Shown: positions 1 to 12,489, counted from the stretch's first letter. The stretch: 64,000 nucleotides of DNA from an uncultured Phycisphaerales bacterium (GCA_963718665.1 OY970359.1:1760001-1824000); one strand, 5' to 3'. Numbers and translations: made by a program. The notes: generated by a model from the letters alone, not told the origin.

Positions 1-335
1 GCGGGGCGCTGACGACCTTTTCCATCGCCAACGACGTGGCCAAGTATTTCGCAATCATACCGGCGGCGTTTGCCCTGACCTACCCGTCGCTTAATACGCT
101 GAACGTGATGGCACTTGCAACGCCAAATAGTGCTATTTTGTCTGCCGTGATTTTTAACGCGATTATTATCGTCTTCCTGATTCCGCTTGCGCTGAAGGGG
201 GTGAAATATTGCCCGATGCCCGCGACGCAGCTGCTGAGAAAGAACCTGCTTATTTACGGTGTCGGCGGAATAATTATCCCGTTTATCGGAATTAAATTGA
301 TTGATATGATGCTGGTAGTTTTGCACTTAGTGTGA
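1..335 (+). CDS. kdpB: K+-transporting ATPase subunit B, C-terminal part (runs off the window start)
   Basis: [21 protein letters not shown] and [20 protein letters not shown] motifs; directly upstream of kdpC. Confidence 0.96.
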   Translation, partial: GALTTFSIANDVAKYFAIIPAAFALTYPSLNTLNVMALATPNSAILSAVIFNAIIIVFLIPLALKGVKYCPMPATQLLRKNLLIYGVGGIIIPFIGIKLIDMMLVVLHLV

Positions 336-357
336 TTATAATGATGAAGGTGAGAAT

Positions 358-936
358 ATGATTCGTATCCTGCGACAATCGGTTGCCTGTATAGTGGTAT
401 TCACTGTGATTACGGGCATCATTTACCCGTTGATTGTAACCGGCTTTGCTCAATTAGTATTCCCGAGTCAGGCCAACGGCAGCTTGCTTGTCAATAACGG
501 TAAAACCGTCGGGTCTTCACTTGTCGGGCAATCATTCAGCAGCTCGAAGTATTTCTGGGCGAGACCCTCCGCGACATCGCCGATGCCTTATAACGCCGCC
601 AATTCTTCCGGCTCGAATCTGGGGCCGCTTAATCCGGCTTTGACCGAAAACGTCAAGGCCAGGATTATGCAATTGAAAGCCGCGGATGCTGCGAGTAAGC
701 CAATAGTGCCCGTTGACCTTGTTACCGCCTCCGCCAGCGGTCTCGACCCCGACATAAGCCCCGCCTCGGCGGAATATCAGGTTTCCCGCGTCGCGAAGGC
801 GAGAGACCTTGATGAAACCAAAGTCAGGGAGCTTGTAGTTAAATTAACCAAAAGCAGACAGCTTGGCATTCTTGGCGAGCCGCGGGTCAACGTGCTGGAG
901 CTTAACATTGCCCTGGATAACCTTAAGAACAAATAG
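358..936 (+). CDS. kdpC: K+-transporting ATPase subunit C
   Basis: [37 protein letters not shown] and [11 protein letters not shown] motifs. Confidence 0.97.
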   Translation: MIRILRQSVACIVVFTVITGIIYPLIVTGFAQLVFPSQANGSLLVNNGKTVGSSLVGQSFSSSKYFWARPSATSPMPYNAANSSGSNLGPLNPALTENVKARIMQLKAADAASKPIVPVDLVTASASGLDPDISPASAEYQVSRVAKARDLDETKVRELVVKLTKSRQLGILGEPRVNVLELNIALDNLKNK

Positions 937-975
937 GCAAATAACGATTTGACTTAATTAAATTTTGGAGGCGTT

Positions 976-1776
976 ATGGTACTTAAAACAAAGCTTTCAA
1001 TTGGCCTGGGGTTCCTGTTCGCTATCATTTTTGCCCTCGCATTTTTCTGCTCTTATTATGTTGACAAACTGTCCGAAGAAGCCGACAACGTTCTCAAAAA
1101 CAATTATGATTCCATTGTCTATTCAAAAAATATGCTCTCCGCACTCGACGACACCAGAACTTCCATAAGCAGCACTATATTCAATCCCGGCGACAACAAA
1201 AAATTATCCGATTATTATTTCCATCTTTTCGAAACCGGCAGAACCGATTTTGAAAAGAACCTCAAAGCCGAAAATAACAACATAACGGAGATTCACGAAA
1301 AAGAGTACGTTGACACGCTCAATCGCGATTATGCTGTTTATATGAACCTATGCGATAAGATTAAAAACGGTTTAGGCACTACCTCAATGTATTTTAACGA
1401 AGTCCTGCCTTGTTATGAAAAACTCAAACAATCCATCCTCAGCATCGATGACCTTAACATGGAGGCCGTTGTCCGAAAAAATCTGATAACAAAACAGCAG
1501 TCCGCTGATGTGAAAACCTATATGTCCGTAACGGCTGCATTGTGCATCATTTTGGCCTTTGGCTATTTCTGGTATTTCCCCTTTTATGTCTCTAACGCGG
1601 TCTCCTACTTATCAAAGAGAATAACCGAACTACTGAAAAAAGCCGGCATCGCTTCCGACATAAAAACAAACGACGAGGCCTATATCATTTTGCAGTCCAT
1701 CAAACTCCTCGAAAAGAAACTCGGCCTCGACAACCCCGAAAAAGATTCACTGCAAAATGAGGAGTTAAAGAAATAG
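976..1776 (+). CDS. Membrane sensor with TM, four-helix-bundle-like periplasmic domain and TM; no kinase domain
   Basis: [35 protein letters not shown] resembles the N-terminus of kdp-linked sensor kinases; only a short tail follows TM2. Confidence 0.65.
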   Translation: MVLKTKLSIGLGFLFAIIFALAFFCSYYVDKLSEEADNVLKNNYDSIVYSKNMLSALDDTRTSISSTIFNPGDNKKLSDYYFHLFETGRTDFEKNLKAENNNITEIHEKEYVDTLNRDYAVYMNLCDKIKNGLGTTSMYFNEVLPCYEKLKQSILSIDDLNMEAVVRKNLITKQQSADVKTYMSVTAALCIILAFGYFWYFPFYVSNAVSYLSKRITELLKKAGIASDIKTNDEAYIILQSIKLLEKKLGLDNPEKDSLQNEELKK

Positions 1777-1865
1777 CACGTTTTGTTGCATGGTATAACT
1801 CCAGGCGGTATCATAAGTCCCTGGGCAATGTTACGCTGACGACGTACAAAATAGGCAGATAACGA

Positions 1866-3845
1866 ATAGATAACCAGCGACCAAATCCTGATGAATTGCT
1901 CGAACAAATCCGCGAAGAGGAAAAGGCGAAGGCTGGCGGCAAGCTGAAGATATTTTTCGGCTATGCGGCTGGTGTCGGCAAGACCTATTCGATGCTGGAG
2001 GCAGCAAGAGAGCAGGCCAGCGCAGGTGTGGATATTGTTATCGGGTATGTTCAGCCGCACGCGCGACCTGAGACCGAGGCGATTATGCTGGGGATGGAAA
2101 TTCTCCCGCTCAAAGAGTTGGAATACAAAGGCATAAAGTTAAAGGAGTTTGACCTCGATGCGGCGCTGGCTCGCAAGCCGGCGATAATAATTGTCGATGA
2201 GTTTGCCCATACCAACGCCCCCGGCCTGCGACATACAAAGCGATGGCAGGACGTGGAAGAATTATTAGACGCCGGCATCAGCGTCTATACCACGCTGAAC
2301 GTTCAGCATTTAGAGAGTTTGAACGATATTGTGGCGAAGATTTCCGGTATCGCGGTCCGTGAGACGGTTCCTGATACTGTTTTTGACAATGCCGACGAGG
2401 TTGAGCTGGTGGACCTGCCTCCGGAAGATTTGCTGCAGCGTTTCGAAGAGGGCAAGATATATTTCCCTGCTGATGCCGAGCGGGCCATGCTGAAGTTCTT
2501 CAAGCTGCCCAACCTGACTGCCCTGCGCGAGCTGGCTATGCGAAGAACCGCCGACCATTTGAGCGCACAGGCACAGACATCGGGAAACACCCGGGTGGGG
2601 GCGACCAGGGAGCGATTGCTTGTTTGTATAGGTCCCAGTCCGACGTCGGCGAGATTAATTCGGGCTGCCAGGCGGATGGCAATGGCGCTGCGTGCGCCTT
2701 GGATAGCGGCCTATGTGGACACGGGTCGTTTTATGAACGATGCCGCCCGCCAGAAGCTCGCCCGCAACCTTAATTTGGCTGAGCAATTAGGCGCAGAAAC
2801 CGTTACGCTCGGCGGGGAAGATATGGCCGAAGAGATTGTAAAGTATGCTCAGTCCAAGAGCGTGACGAAAATCATCATAGGCAAGACCGGCGAATCGCGA
2901 TGGCGCGAATTAATGGGCAGTTCCATCATAAGTAAAGTACTACGTCATAGCGGCGACATAGATGTATATGTGATTAGAGGCCAAAAAGACCCCGCTGACG
3001 AAAACAAGACCCGGTATCCTGTCAGCCGGCGCAAAATTAATTACCTGTCTTACGTCAAGACAATCGTGGTTACTGTAATCAGCATCGTTCTTGCCGAGCT
3101 GATAAGCAGGGCGGGGCTTAGCGAAACAAACCAGGCAATGGTGTTTATTCTGGGCGTAGTGTTTGTGACCGCAAGATACGGACTCGGTCCCGGTATTCTG
3201 GCTTCAGTTGCCGGCGTGCTGGCGTTCGATTTCTTCCTTGTGCCGCCCTATTATAGTTTCAATGTTACCGACACCGAGTATTTTATTACATTTGCCGTTA
3301 TGCTGACCATTGCGATTCTGATTAGCACGCTGGCGTTTCGGGTTCGCCTTCAGGTGGAGACGCTGCGTCAGAGGCAATGGCGCACCGAGGCACTGTATCG
3401 TTTAAGCAGGAAACTGGCCGCCACCGCGGGGACACATCAGCTCGTGGCTGTCGCCCAGGAGTTATTATCGGAGAGTTTAACCAGCGAGGTTGCGATATTT
3501 CTGCCCGATGAAGCAGGCCGGCTAAAAGCGGCGGTCAGCCGACCCAGCAGTTTCGCCGGTATGGAAAAAGAAATTGCCGTTGCCCAGTGGGTATATGAGC
3601 ATAACCAGATAGCGGGCGCCGGAACCGATACGCTGCCGGATGCTAATGCCATATACGTGCCGATGACCTGTCCGCGAGGGACTGTCGGTGTTTTGGGTCT
3701 GAAGTCCGGCGAGCCGGGCAAATTTAATGCGCCGGACCAGCGGCAAATCCTGGAGATGGCGGCCGACCAGCTTGCTTTATCAATCGAGCGAGACCGCCTG
3801 GCCGAACAGATTCAGGATGTGCTCCGGCGAAAAGGAACGCTGTAA
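1866..3845 (+). CDS. kdpD: KdpD sensor (KdpD, USP, 4TM and GAF domains) lacking HisKA/HATPase; likely start is ATA at 1866
   Basis: RPNPDELL, GKLKIFFGYAAGVGKTY, DEFAHTN, KRWQDVEELL and TLNVQHLESLND motifs; ORF stops just after the GAF domain. Confidence 0.9.
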   Translation: MDNQRPNPDELLEQIREEEKAKAGGKLKIFFGYAAGVGKTYSMLEAAREQASAGVDIVIGYVQPHARPETEAIMLGMEILPLKELEYKGIKLKEFDLDAALARKPAIIIVDEFAHTNAPGLRHTKRWQDVEELLDAGISVYTTLNVQHLESLNDIVAKISGIAVRETVPDTVFDNADEVELVDLPPEDLLQRFEEGKIYFPADAERAMLKFFKLPNLTALRELAMRRTADHLSAQAQTSGNTRVGATRERLLVCIGPSPTSARLIRAARRMAMALRAPWIAAYVDTGRFMNDAARQKLARNLNLAEQLGAETVTLGGEDMAEEIVKYAQSKSVTKIIIGKTGESRWRELMGSSIISKVLRHSGDIDVYVIRGQKDPADENKTRYPVSRRKINYLSYVKTIVVTVISIVLAELISRAGLSETNQAMVFILGVVFVTARYGLGPGILASVAGVLAFDFFLVPPYYSFNVTDTEYFITFAVMLTIAILISTLAFRVRLQVETLRQRQWRTEALYRLSRKLAATAGTHQLVAVAQELLSESLTSEVAIFLPDEAGRLKAAVSRPSSFAGMEKEIAVAQWVYEHNQIAGAGTDTLPDANAIYVPMTCPRGTVGVLGLKSGEPGKFNAPDQRQILEMAADQLALSIERDRLAEQIQDVLRRKGTL

Positions 3846-3847
3846 TT

Positions 3848-4411
3848 TCATTGTATGGTTTGCTGGGTTTCGGGCGGCTTGGTTGATTCGGACGGTTTAG
3901 GTGATTCGGGGGGATTGGATTTTACCGTCATTGTGCGGGAAGGATCCTTTGTCGGGCCGAAGAAAACAAAGGAAATCAACACCAAAGTCGCGCCGGATAT
4001 AAACAGGATGTGTCTGCGAGGCCACTGACAGGAAAGGCAAAGCCAGGGCGGGACACCCTGTATGATTGTAATTTGGTTTGGCTCTTCAGCTAAGGCGCGC
4101 CTCGCGGCCGCGAGTTTGCCGACTGTCGCGCGTGGATACGCGGTATTTGGCTCATTGGCCTCAATGCCGAGCGTAGCGGGTGCCAGACGAGCAAGCTCTT
4201 TGAGGTTGCCTTCAATCTGGGCGAGCAGGGTATCGTAATCGGTGTTAAGAGATTCGAGTTTTTTGAGGTGGCTTTCGGCCTGGGCGAGCAGGCCTTTGTA
4301 GTAATAATATTCGAGCAAATCATCGCACAGCGTCGTTGCTGATAATACAGCCGCACCGACGCTGAAGAACACGACAAACGCAACGGTTCGAATGACTCGC
4401 TCGTTTTGCAT
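3848..4411 (-). CDS. Membrane protein, FtsB/DivIC-like N-terminal half with an extra C-terminal TM
   Basis: N-terminal TM, heptad coiled coil, LARLAPATLGI..E motif; directly downstream of eno. Confidence 0.5.
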   Translation of the reverse strand: MQNERVIRTVAFVVFFSVGAAVLSATTLCDDLLEYYYYKGLLAQAESHLKKLESLNTDYDTLLAQIEGNLKELARLAPATLGIEANEPNTAYPRATVGKLAAARRALAEEPNQITIIQGVPPWLCLSCQWPRRHILFISGATLVLISFVFFGPTKDPSRTMTVKSNPPESPKPSESTKPPETQQTIQ

Positions 4412-4420
4412 TATCCCGCC

Positions 4421-4474
4421 AAAAAAATCGGCAGGTGCAATTATCCGTTACTTATTTGGTTCTCGCACCTGCCG
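4421..4474 (-). terminator. Stem-loop plus T tract downstream of eno
   Basis: CGGCAGGTGC / GCACCTGCCG inverted repeat followed by T7 on the minus strand; the loop is long. Confidence 0.45.
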
Positions 4475-4493
4475 TTAATTTCCTGTTTTCCCA

Positions 4494-5810
<1,317 letters not shown>

Positions 5811-5988
5811 TCACGTTTGACCGTTCGCAAAGAGCACAAAATTACCCATTTTAAGCCGTCTCGTCAATAGCAATCCGCATTCTAAAGGCCGGCTAAAAAT
5901 GGTTGCATTGAGATTCTACCCCCGTTAGTATTATGCCCCAATATATGCCTTGGCAGTTGAACCAGACGGTTTAATGAGAGAGGAACTT

Positions 5989-7442
5989 ATGAGCAACGAA
6001 ATCCAGAAACTCCCATTAAGGGAAAAAGTCGGCTACGGGTTCGGAGATTTGGCGTCTGTGTTGTTCTGGCAGTGTATTGTCGGAAATCTGATGCTTTTCT
6101 ATACCGATGTTTTCAAAATCGCTGCTGACCCGAAGAAAGCGGCAGCAGTTGCCGGCTTGATGATTGGTTTAGCAACAATTTTTGATGGTATTATTGACCC
6201 TGTTATTGGGATGATTGCTGACAGGACCGAAACCCGATGGGGAAAATTCAGACCTTATTTAATCTGGATGTCCGTACCGTTGATGGTTTCAGCATTACTG
6301 ACTTTTATGGTACCGGGTCTCAGCCCGATGGGAAAACTTATTTATGCTTATGTTACTCTTTTTCTTTTCAGGGCATGTTATGCTGCAATTAACATCCCGT
6401 ATTCTTCATTGCTTGGAGTTCTTAGCCCCGATTCCAAGGAAAGAACAAGCGCATCATCGTTTAAGTTTGCGTTTGCTTATACGGCAGGATTTATAGTTAC
6501 CTTGACATCATTAATTTTAGCCAAGCACCTCGGAAATGGAAAAGATTCAACGGACCCGAAGGGCTGGACTTATACGATTTTGATATATGGCTGTGTTGCG
6601 GTTGTTTTCTTTACTTTGACGTTCTTGCTGACTAAAGAAAGAGTGAAACCTCAAAAAAGCCAGAAAACGTCTGTAGGAAAAGATTTGCTGGATTTGGTCA
6701 CTAATGTTCCCTGGATAATACTTTTATTTGCAACCCTTTCCATGATTTTGTTCGTTTCCACGAGAATGGGAGTAACCAATTACTATTTCAAATATTACAT
6801 CACAGAAAACGGCACAGTTTCCGTCCCATTAAACTTATTGTTCTGGAAATTTAACCTTGGATTTGAGGAAATAGTTTCCGCGTTTGGTGCCATAGGACAG
6901 TTATGTGCAATCCTGGGCACACTCATGGTTCCTGTTTTAGTTCATTTAATGGGCAAGAAAAACGCCTTTTTTACCATATTTGGCATTGCGATTATCTCTA
7001 CCGCCGCGTTTTACTTCTTAAAACCGGATAATATGTTTTTGATTTTTGCATTGCAGATTATCGGATCTTTAACCGGAGGTCCGTTATCACCTGTTATCTG
7101 GGCGATGTATGCCGATACCGCGGATTACTCAGAATGGAAAAGAGGAAGAAGGGCGACCGGTCTGGTATTTTCAGCTTCAGCAATGTCACAAAAGGTTGGC
7201 TGGTGCTTGGCGCGACTTTGACAGGGATATTGCTTTCTTCCTACAGTTTTGTACCCAACCAAATACAATCGCCGGAGGCAAATAAGGGGATAGTTATGCT
7301 TATGAGCACTATACCCGCAGTTTTCGGTATTCTTTCTGTTGTCTTAATATTCTTTTACATCCTCGATGATAAAATGATGAAGAAAATAAAAACAGACCTT
7401 GAGGAAAGACGCAAGGCCAGCGGCCAGGCCGCGACTGTTTAA
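5989..7442 (+). pseudogene. GPH-family (MelB-like) MFS sugar transporter, frameshifted near 7203
   Basis: DRTETRWGKFRPY and ADTADYSEWK.GRRATG motifs; one missing base at GGC TGG (G)TG would join it to the C-terminal ORF 7134-7442. Confidence 0.85.
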
Positions 7443-7480
7443 CGGTTTTTTAAAATTCAACTGTGAAAAAGGGTGAAAAA

Positions 7481-8473
7481 ATGAAAAAGAAAACAATCAT
7501 TGGCGAACCACTGCCGAACATGCCGTGGGAAGACAAACCAAAGGGCTGTATCGACGTTGTCTGGAGATACAGCGGCAATCCAATACTTGACTGGAACCCG
7601 ATACCCAAAGCGGCGAGAATTTTCAACAGCGCCGTTTTGCCTTATAAAGACGAATTCGTCGGGGTCTTCAGGGCAGACCAGAGAAACGGACGTGCGACGC
7701 TGTTTTTCGGAAAAAGCAAAGACGGTCTTAAATGGAAAATCGGACCCGACCCCATTGACTGGGTTAACGAAAAAGGAAAGCCCAATCCCATCAGCTACGG
7801 TTATGACCCGAGATTCTTAAAGCTCGACGATGCCTACTATATTGTATGGTGCGACGATATGCACGGGGCGTCAATCGGCTTGGGCAGGACCACTGATTTC
7901 AAGACATTTATCCGTATGCCTAATCCGCTTATGCCCTTTAACAGAAACGGTGTTCTTTTCCCGAGAAAGGTTAACGGTAAGTATATCTTGTTGAGCAGGC
8001 CCAGCGACAGCGCTCACACGCCTTTCGGCGATATCTATATGAGCGAAAGCCCGGACCTGATTTACTGGGGCAATCACAGACACGTAATGAGCAGGGGCGG
8101 AAGCGGCTGGTGGCAGGGCACAAAAATCGGCGCAGGCCCGACCCCGATTGAAACGACCGAAGGGTGGCTGCTGCTCTATCACGGCGTATCGTTTACCTGC
8201 AACGGCTTCGTTTACAGCTTCGGCGCGGTAATACTGGATATCGATAAGCCATGGAAGGTGCTGTACAGGACACGCGATTACCTGCTCACGCCGGAGAAGT
8301 TGTATGAGGTAACTGGCTTTGTGCCGAACGTAACATTCCCATGTGCCAACATTTACGACGCCGAAACGGGCAGAATCGCCATTTATTACGGCGCTGCCGA
8401 TACCTGCACAGCCCTGGCGTTCACGCAGGTCGATGAGTTAATCGATTATATTAAGAATAACTCGGAAGTTTAA
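7481..8473 (+). CDS. GH130 beta-mannoside phosphorylase (mannooligosaccharide phosphorylase-like)
   Basis: RIFNSAV, YGYDPR, NRNGVLFP, KIGAGPTP and YYGAAD motifs. Confidence 0.93.
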   Translation: MKKKTIIGEPLPNMPWEDKPKGCIDVVWRYSGNPILDWNPIPKAARIFNSAVLPYKDEFVGVFRADQRNGRATLFFGKSKDGLKWKIGPDPIDWVNEKGKPNPISYGYDPRFLKLDDAYYIVWCDDMHGASIGLGRTTDFKTFIRMPNPLMPFNRNGVLFPRKVNGKYILLSRPSDSAHTPFGDIYMSESPDLIYWGNHRHVMSRGGSGWWQGTKIGAGPTPIETTEGWLLLYHGVSFTCNGFVYSFGAVILDIDKPWKVLYRTRDYLLTPEKLYEVTGFVPNVTFPCANIYDAETGRIAIYYGAADTCTALAFTQVDELIDYIKNNSEV

Positions 8474-8517
8474 TCGCTTCAGAATAAGCCGAAACTTAAT
8501 TTTAAGAAGGAGCTGAA

Positions 8518-9975
8518 ATGGCACAGGAAATGACGGCAAACACCGGCAAGTTAGTGCGCGACCGCCTGCCGATTCTTACAAAGGTATGCTATGGTCTCGG
8601 AACCGCTCTGGATATGTGGGGCATCTGGCTTTATTTCAGCGTTGCCTTTGCAGTGTTTAATATTTATCTGGGCGTTTCTCCTGTTCTTGTAGGTTTTGCA
8701 TTATTTTTTATTCGCTTTTATGACGCGTTTACCGACCCGTTTATGGGCTGGATATCAGACAACCTCCGGACAAAATACGGTCGCAGACGTCCATTCATTC
8801 TGATTTTCGGTGTTTTGTGCGGACTGGGGCTGCCCATAATGTTTCTTGTTTCGCCTACATGGTCGGACAAGACATTTCTTGGATTATCGGCTGTCTTCTG
8901 GTATATGATTGTTTCAAATATGATTTACATCCCCATCTTCAGTGCCTACACCGTTCCATTTAACAGTTTAGCTAATGAATTAAGTCCTGACTACGAGGAA
9001 CGCACCTCGATAATGACCTATAGAAGCGTGCTTCAGAAGATATTCGAAGTAGGCAACTTTTATGCGCTGCGGTTTACAAATCTGGCGTGGTTTCTTATCC
9101 CGGGGACAGGCAAACAGAATATCCTTATGGGATTGCGCGTATATTCCTGTATCCTCGGTGTTGTGATGGCAATCTTTGCCATAATAATCTTCTTCAGAGT
9201 TAAAGAACGTTATTATGAAAATATCGTGGTGAAAAAACAGCAGGAGCATGTCTCTCTTAAAAGCGCTCTTTATGAAACGCTTACCTGCAGGCCATTTTTG
9301 TTTATGCTGCTGGTTGGTGCTTGTTTTAACTTAGGCACGAGTATGTTAGGTACACTGGGTTACTACGCGACGGTCTATTATGTCTGCGGCGGTAATCAGG
9401 CGATTGGCAATGACTGGAATTTCTGGATGGGTATGGCGTTTATGTTCGGAGGACTAATTGGCGCCCCGATTCTTAACAGGGTAGCATATTTTGTTGGTAA
9501 ACGTAATGCTCTGATTGTCAACGCCTTTATCGGCATAATTGCTTACGCAAGCTCATGGTATCTTTACAACCCTCATATTCAGTGGATGCAAACAATCGCC
9601 TCCGGTCTTATGGGGCTTACCGCGTCGGGCCTTTGGATGCTGTATGGTTCAATCTGCGCCGATGTCATCGATTACGATGAGCTTAATACCGGCAAACGGC
9701 GTGAGGGCTCTTTTACTTCCTGCGGAACATATATCATCAAACTGGGTAATTCGTTAGGAATATTATTTTCAGGAGTAGTCCTTTCCTGGATAGGTTATGA
9801 TTCTAAATTGGCTGCACAGACGCCCCATACAATTTTTTGGATTCGCATAATGCTTATGGCCTTGCCGCTTGTCGGGATGGCTCTGGTGATAGCATTTATT
9901 TTACAGGTGCCGCTTACAAAGAAGATTTGCGAGGAAATCAGGGTTAAACTCGAAGCACGAAGGGGGCAGGTATAA
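8518..9975 (+). CDS. GPH-family MFS sugar transporter
   Basis: SDNLRTKYGRRRPF and ADVIDYDELNTGKRREG motifs; about 12 hydrophobic segments. Confidence 0.92.
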   Translation: MAQEMTANTGKLVRDRLPILTKVCYGLGTALDMWGIWLYFSVAFAVFNIYLGVSPVLVGFALFFIRFYDAFTDPFMGWISDNLRTKYGRRRPFILIFGVLCGLGLPIMFLVSPTWSDKTFLGLSAVFWYMIVSNMIYIPIFSAYTVPFNSLANELSPDYEERTSIMTYRSVLQKIFEVGNFYALRFTNLAWFLIPGTGKQNILMGLRVYSCILGVVMAIFAIIIFFRVKERYYENIVVKKQQEHVSLKSALYETLTCRPFLFMLLVGACFNLGTSMLGTLGYYATVYYVCGGNQAIGNDWNFWMGMAFMFGGLIGAPILNRVAYFVGKRNALIVNAFIGIIAYASSWYLYNPHIQWMQTIASGLMGLTASGLWMLYGSICADVIDYDELNTGKRREGSFTSCGTYIIKLGNSLGILFSGVVLSWIGYDSKLAAQTPHTIFWIRIMLMALPLVGMALVIAFILQVPLTKKICEEIRVKLEARRGQV

Positions 9976-10003
9976 CGGCTTTTGCGGATTTTACACAAAC
10001 AAA

Positions 10004-10045
10004 AAAGGCCGCGGTTTATTTCGAATCGCGGCCTTTGTTTTTTTT
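10004..10045 (+). terminator. Rho-independent terminator
   Basis: AAAGGCCGCG / CGCGGCCTTT stem followed by a T tract. Confidence 0.85.
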
Positions 10046-10117
10046 ATCGATATCGGTATAATTTGCGGGACGTTAAACTGTGATTAACCTGTTAGTATCT
10101 TGATGGAGAGGCGCAAA

Positions 10118-12484
10118 ATGAGATTCGGATATTTTGACGACAAGGCCAAGGAATACGTAATCGAAAGACCTGATACTCCGCGGTCGTGGGCAAATTATCT
10201 CGGCTCGACGGAATACGGCGCAATCATAACCAATAACGCGGGCGGTTACAGTTTTTATGCGTCGGCGGCACAGGGACGGCTGACGCGGCTGCGTTTCGAT
10301 GATGTCCCGATTGACCAGCCGGGGAGATACATCTATGTCCGCGACAAGCAATCGGGCGACTACTGGTCAAACGCGTGGCAGCCCGTGGGTAAACCCTTAG
10401 ACCAGTATAAAACGACCTGCAGACACGGAACAGCTTACACGATTATCAATTCGCAGTATTCTAAGATTGAGACCGAGACCACATATTTCGTTCCGCTCGG
10501 CAAGGATTTCGAATGCTGGCTTTTGAAGGTTACGAATAAAGACGCCGTAAAAAGAAACCTGAGCTTATTCACCTTCGTCGAATATCCGTATACCTGGCAG
10601 TGTTTCCACGACTTTTTAAACCAGCAATACTCGCATGGCATAGTGAAAATGGATTTCATTGACGGCATTATCGATTACGGCAGCTCCGTCCTCATAAGCG
10701 GCCAGGATAACCGGTCTTTTATGGCGTTTCTTGGCGGCGACATAGTCGGCTTCGATACCGACCGTGACGTGTTCATCAGCCCGTATCGCGGCTACGCGAA
10801 TCCTATGGTTGTCGAAAAAGGCAAATGCACCGGCTCAAAGTGCGTCAGCGACGACGGCTGCGGCTCAATCCAGATAGATATCGACCTCGAGCCGGGCCAG
10901 ACAAAGGAGCTTGTTGTCCTGATGGGCATGGGCAAGGCGACGGTAGAAGGCAAAAGAGTTGTCAAACAGTTCGGCGATATCGCCAAGGTCAAAGCCGAGT
11001 TCGAAAAGCTCCGCCAATACTGGCACAGCCGTATCGAGGGATTGAGCGTCTGCTCGCCGGATTCGCAGTTCAACAGTATGATGAATATGTGGAGCCCGTT
11101 TAACTGCCTGATTACTTATGCCTGGTCTCGTATGGCCAGCTTAATCTACAGCGGCGAACGCGACGGGCTTGGCTACCGCGATACCGTCCAGGATTTTATG
11201 GGCGTAATGCAGCTCATCCCGGCCGAGGCGAAAAAACGTCTTGAGCTTATGATTACCGGTCAGGGCTCCACGGGCGGCGCGATGTCAATCGTTATGGCCT
11301 TTACGCACAAGCCAGGCAAAGGAAAACTGCCCAAGGAAGACGAATACCGCTCCGATGACTGCCTGTGGCTTTTCAATGCGATTCCAACATATGTCAAAGA
11401 GACGGGCGATATCGATTTTTATAACAAGGTCCTGCCATATGCCGACAAGGGCAAGGCGACCGTGCTTGGTCATCTCCGCAGGGCGATTGAATTCAATCTC
11501 AAACGCACGGGCAAAAACGGATTACCCAGCGGCCTTTTCGCCGACTGGAACGATTGTCTGCGACTTGGCACAAAGGGGACATCGGTATTTGTCGCCCTGC
11601 AGGTGCGTTACGGCCTGACGACCTATATCGAGATTTGCGAAATGTTTGGGAAGCAAGCCGAAATCAAATGGGCGAAAAAGCAACTCGAAATAATCGACGG
11701 GAAGCTCGATAAATTCGGCTGGGACGGCAAATGGTACGTCCGTGCCTACAAGGAATCAGGCGAGAAAATCGGCTCGCACGAAAACAAATATGGTTCAATA
11801 TATCTCAATACGCAGTCCTGGGGTGTCATCAGCGGCCACGCCGACCAACAACGCAGAGAACAGGTTATGGACCAGGTCAACAAACAGTTGGCCACCGATT
11901 ACGGCCTTATGCTTTGCGCTCCGCCTTATGACAATATGCCCGTCGCGGAAATCCGCTCGATTGTGTTCAACAAGGGCGTCAAGGAAAACTGCAGCATTTT
12001 CAACCACACGCAGGGCTGGGCGGTTATGGCCGAAACTATGCTCGGCCACGGCGACAGGGCGTTTAAGTATTTCCGAAGTTATATGCCCGCGTCGTTCAAC
12101 GACAAGGCCGAGATACGCGGCAGTGAGCCATACGTTTATTCGCAATATACCCACAGCATTTACAGCCCGCGCTACGGCGCATCGCGTGTCCCCTGGCTGA
12201 CAGGCGCAGCGTCCTGGGCATATTATGCGGCGACGCAGTATATCCTCGGCATCCGTCCCGATTACAAAGGGCTCATCATTGACCCCTGCATTCCTGCCGA
12301 CTGGAAAGAATTTGCCGCTGTTCGCCGATTCCGCAACAAGACGCTGAATATCAAGGTAATAAATCCGAATGGCGTGGAAAAAGGCGTTAAGAAAATTACC
12401 CTCAACGGCCAGATAATCGAAGGCAGCCTGATTCCTGCTTCCAAAATGAAAAAAGAAAACGAAGTTGTTGTAGAGATGGGGTAG
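10118..12484 (+). CDS. GH94 glycoside phosphorylase (cellobiose/chitobiose phosphorylase family)
   Basis: WANYLG, GYRDTVQD, RSDD.LW, ADWNDCL, KEN.SIF.H and WLTGAASW motifs. Confidence 0.93.
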   Translation: MRFGYFDDKAKEYVIERPDTPRSWANYLGSTEYGAIITNNAGGYSFYASAAQGRLTRLRFDDVPIDQPGRYIYVRDKQSGDYWSNAWQPVGKPLDQYKTTCRHGTAYTIINSQYSKIETETTYFVPLGKDFECWLLKVTNKDAVKRNLSLFTFVEYPYTWQCFHDFLNQQYSHGIVKMDFIDGIIDYGSSVLISGQDNRSFMAFLGGDIVGFDTDRDVFISPYRGYANPMVVEKGKCTGSKCVSDDGCGSIQIDIDLEPGQTKELVVLMGMGKATVEGKRVVKQFGDIAKVKAEFEKLRQYWHSRIEGLSVCSPDSQFNSMMNMWSPFNCLITYAWSRMASLIYSGERDGLGYRDTVQDFMGVMQLIPAEAKKRLELMITGQGSTGGAMSIVMAFTHKPGKGKLPKEDEYRSDDCLWLFNAIPTYVKETGDIDFYNKVLPYADKGKATVLGHLRRAIEFNLKRTGKNGLPSGLFADWNDCLRLGTKGTSVFVALQVRYGLTTYIEICEMFGKQAEIKWAKKQLEIIDGKLDKFGWDGKWYVRAYKESGEKIGSHENKYGSIYLNTQSWGVISGHADQQRREQVMDQVNKQLATDYGLMLCAPPYDNMPVAEIRSIVFNKGVKENCSIFNHTQGWAVMAETMLGHGDRAFKYFRSYMPASFNDKAEIRGSEPYVYSQYTHSIYSPRYGASRVPWLTGAASWAYYAATQYILGIRPDYKGLIIDPCIPADWKEFAAVRRFRNKTLNIKVINPNGVEKGVKKITLNGQIIEGSLIPASKMKKENEVVVEMG

Positions 12485-12489
12485 AAAAA

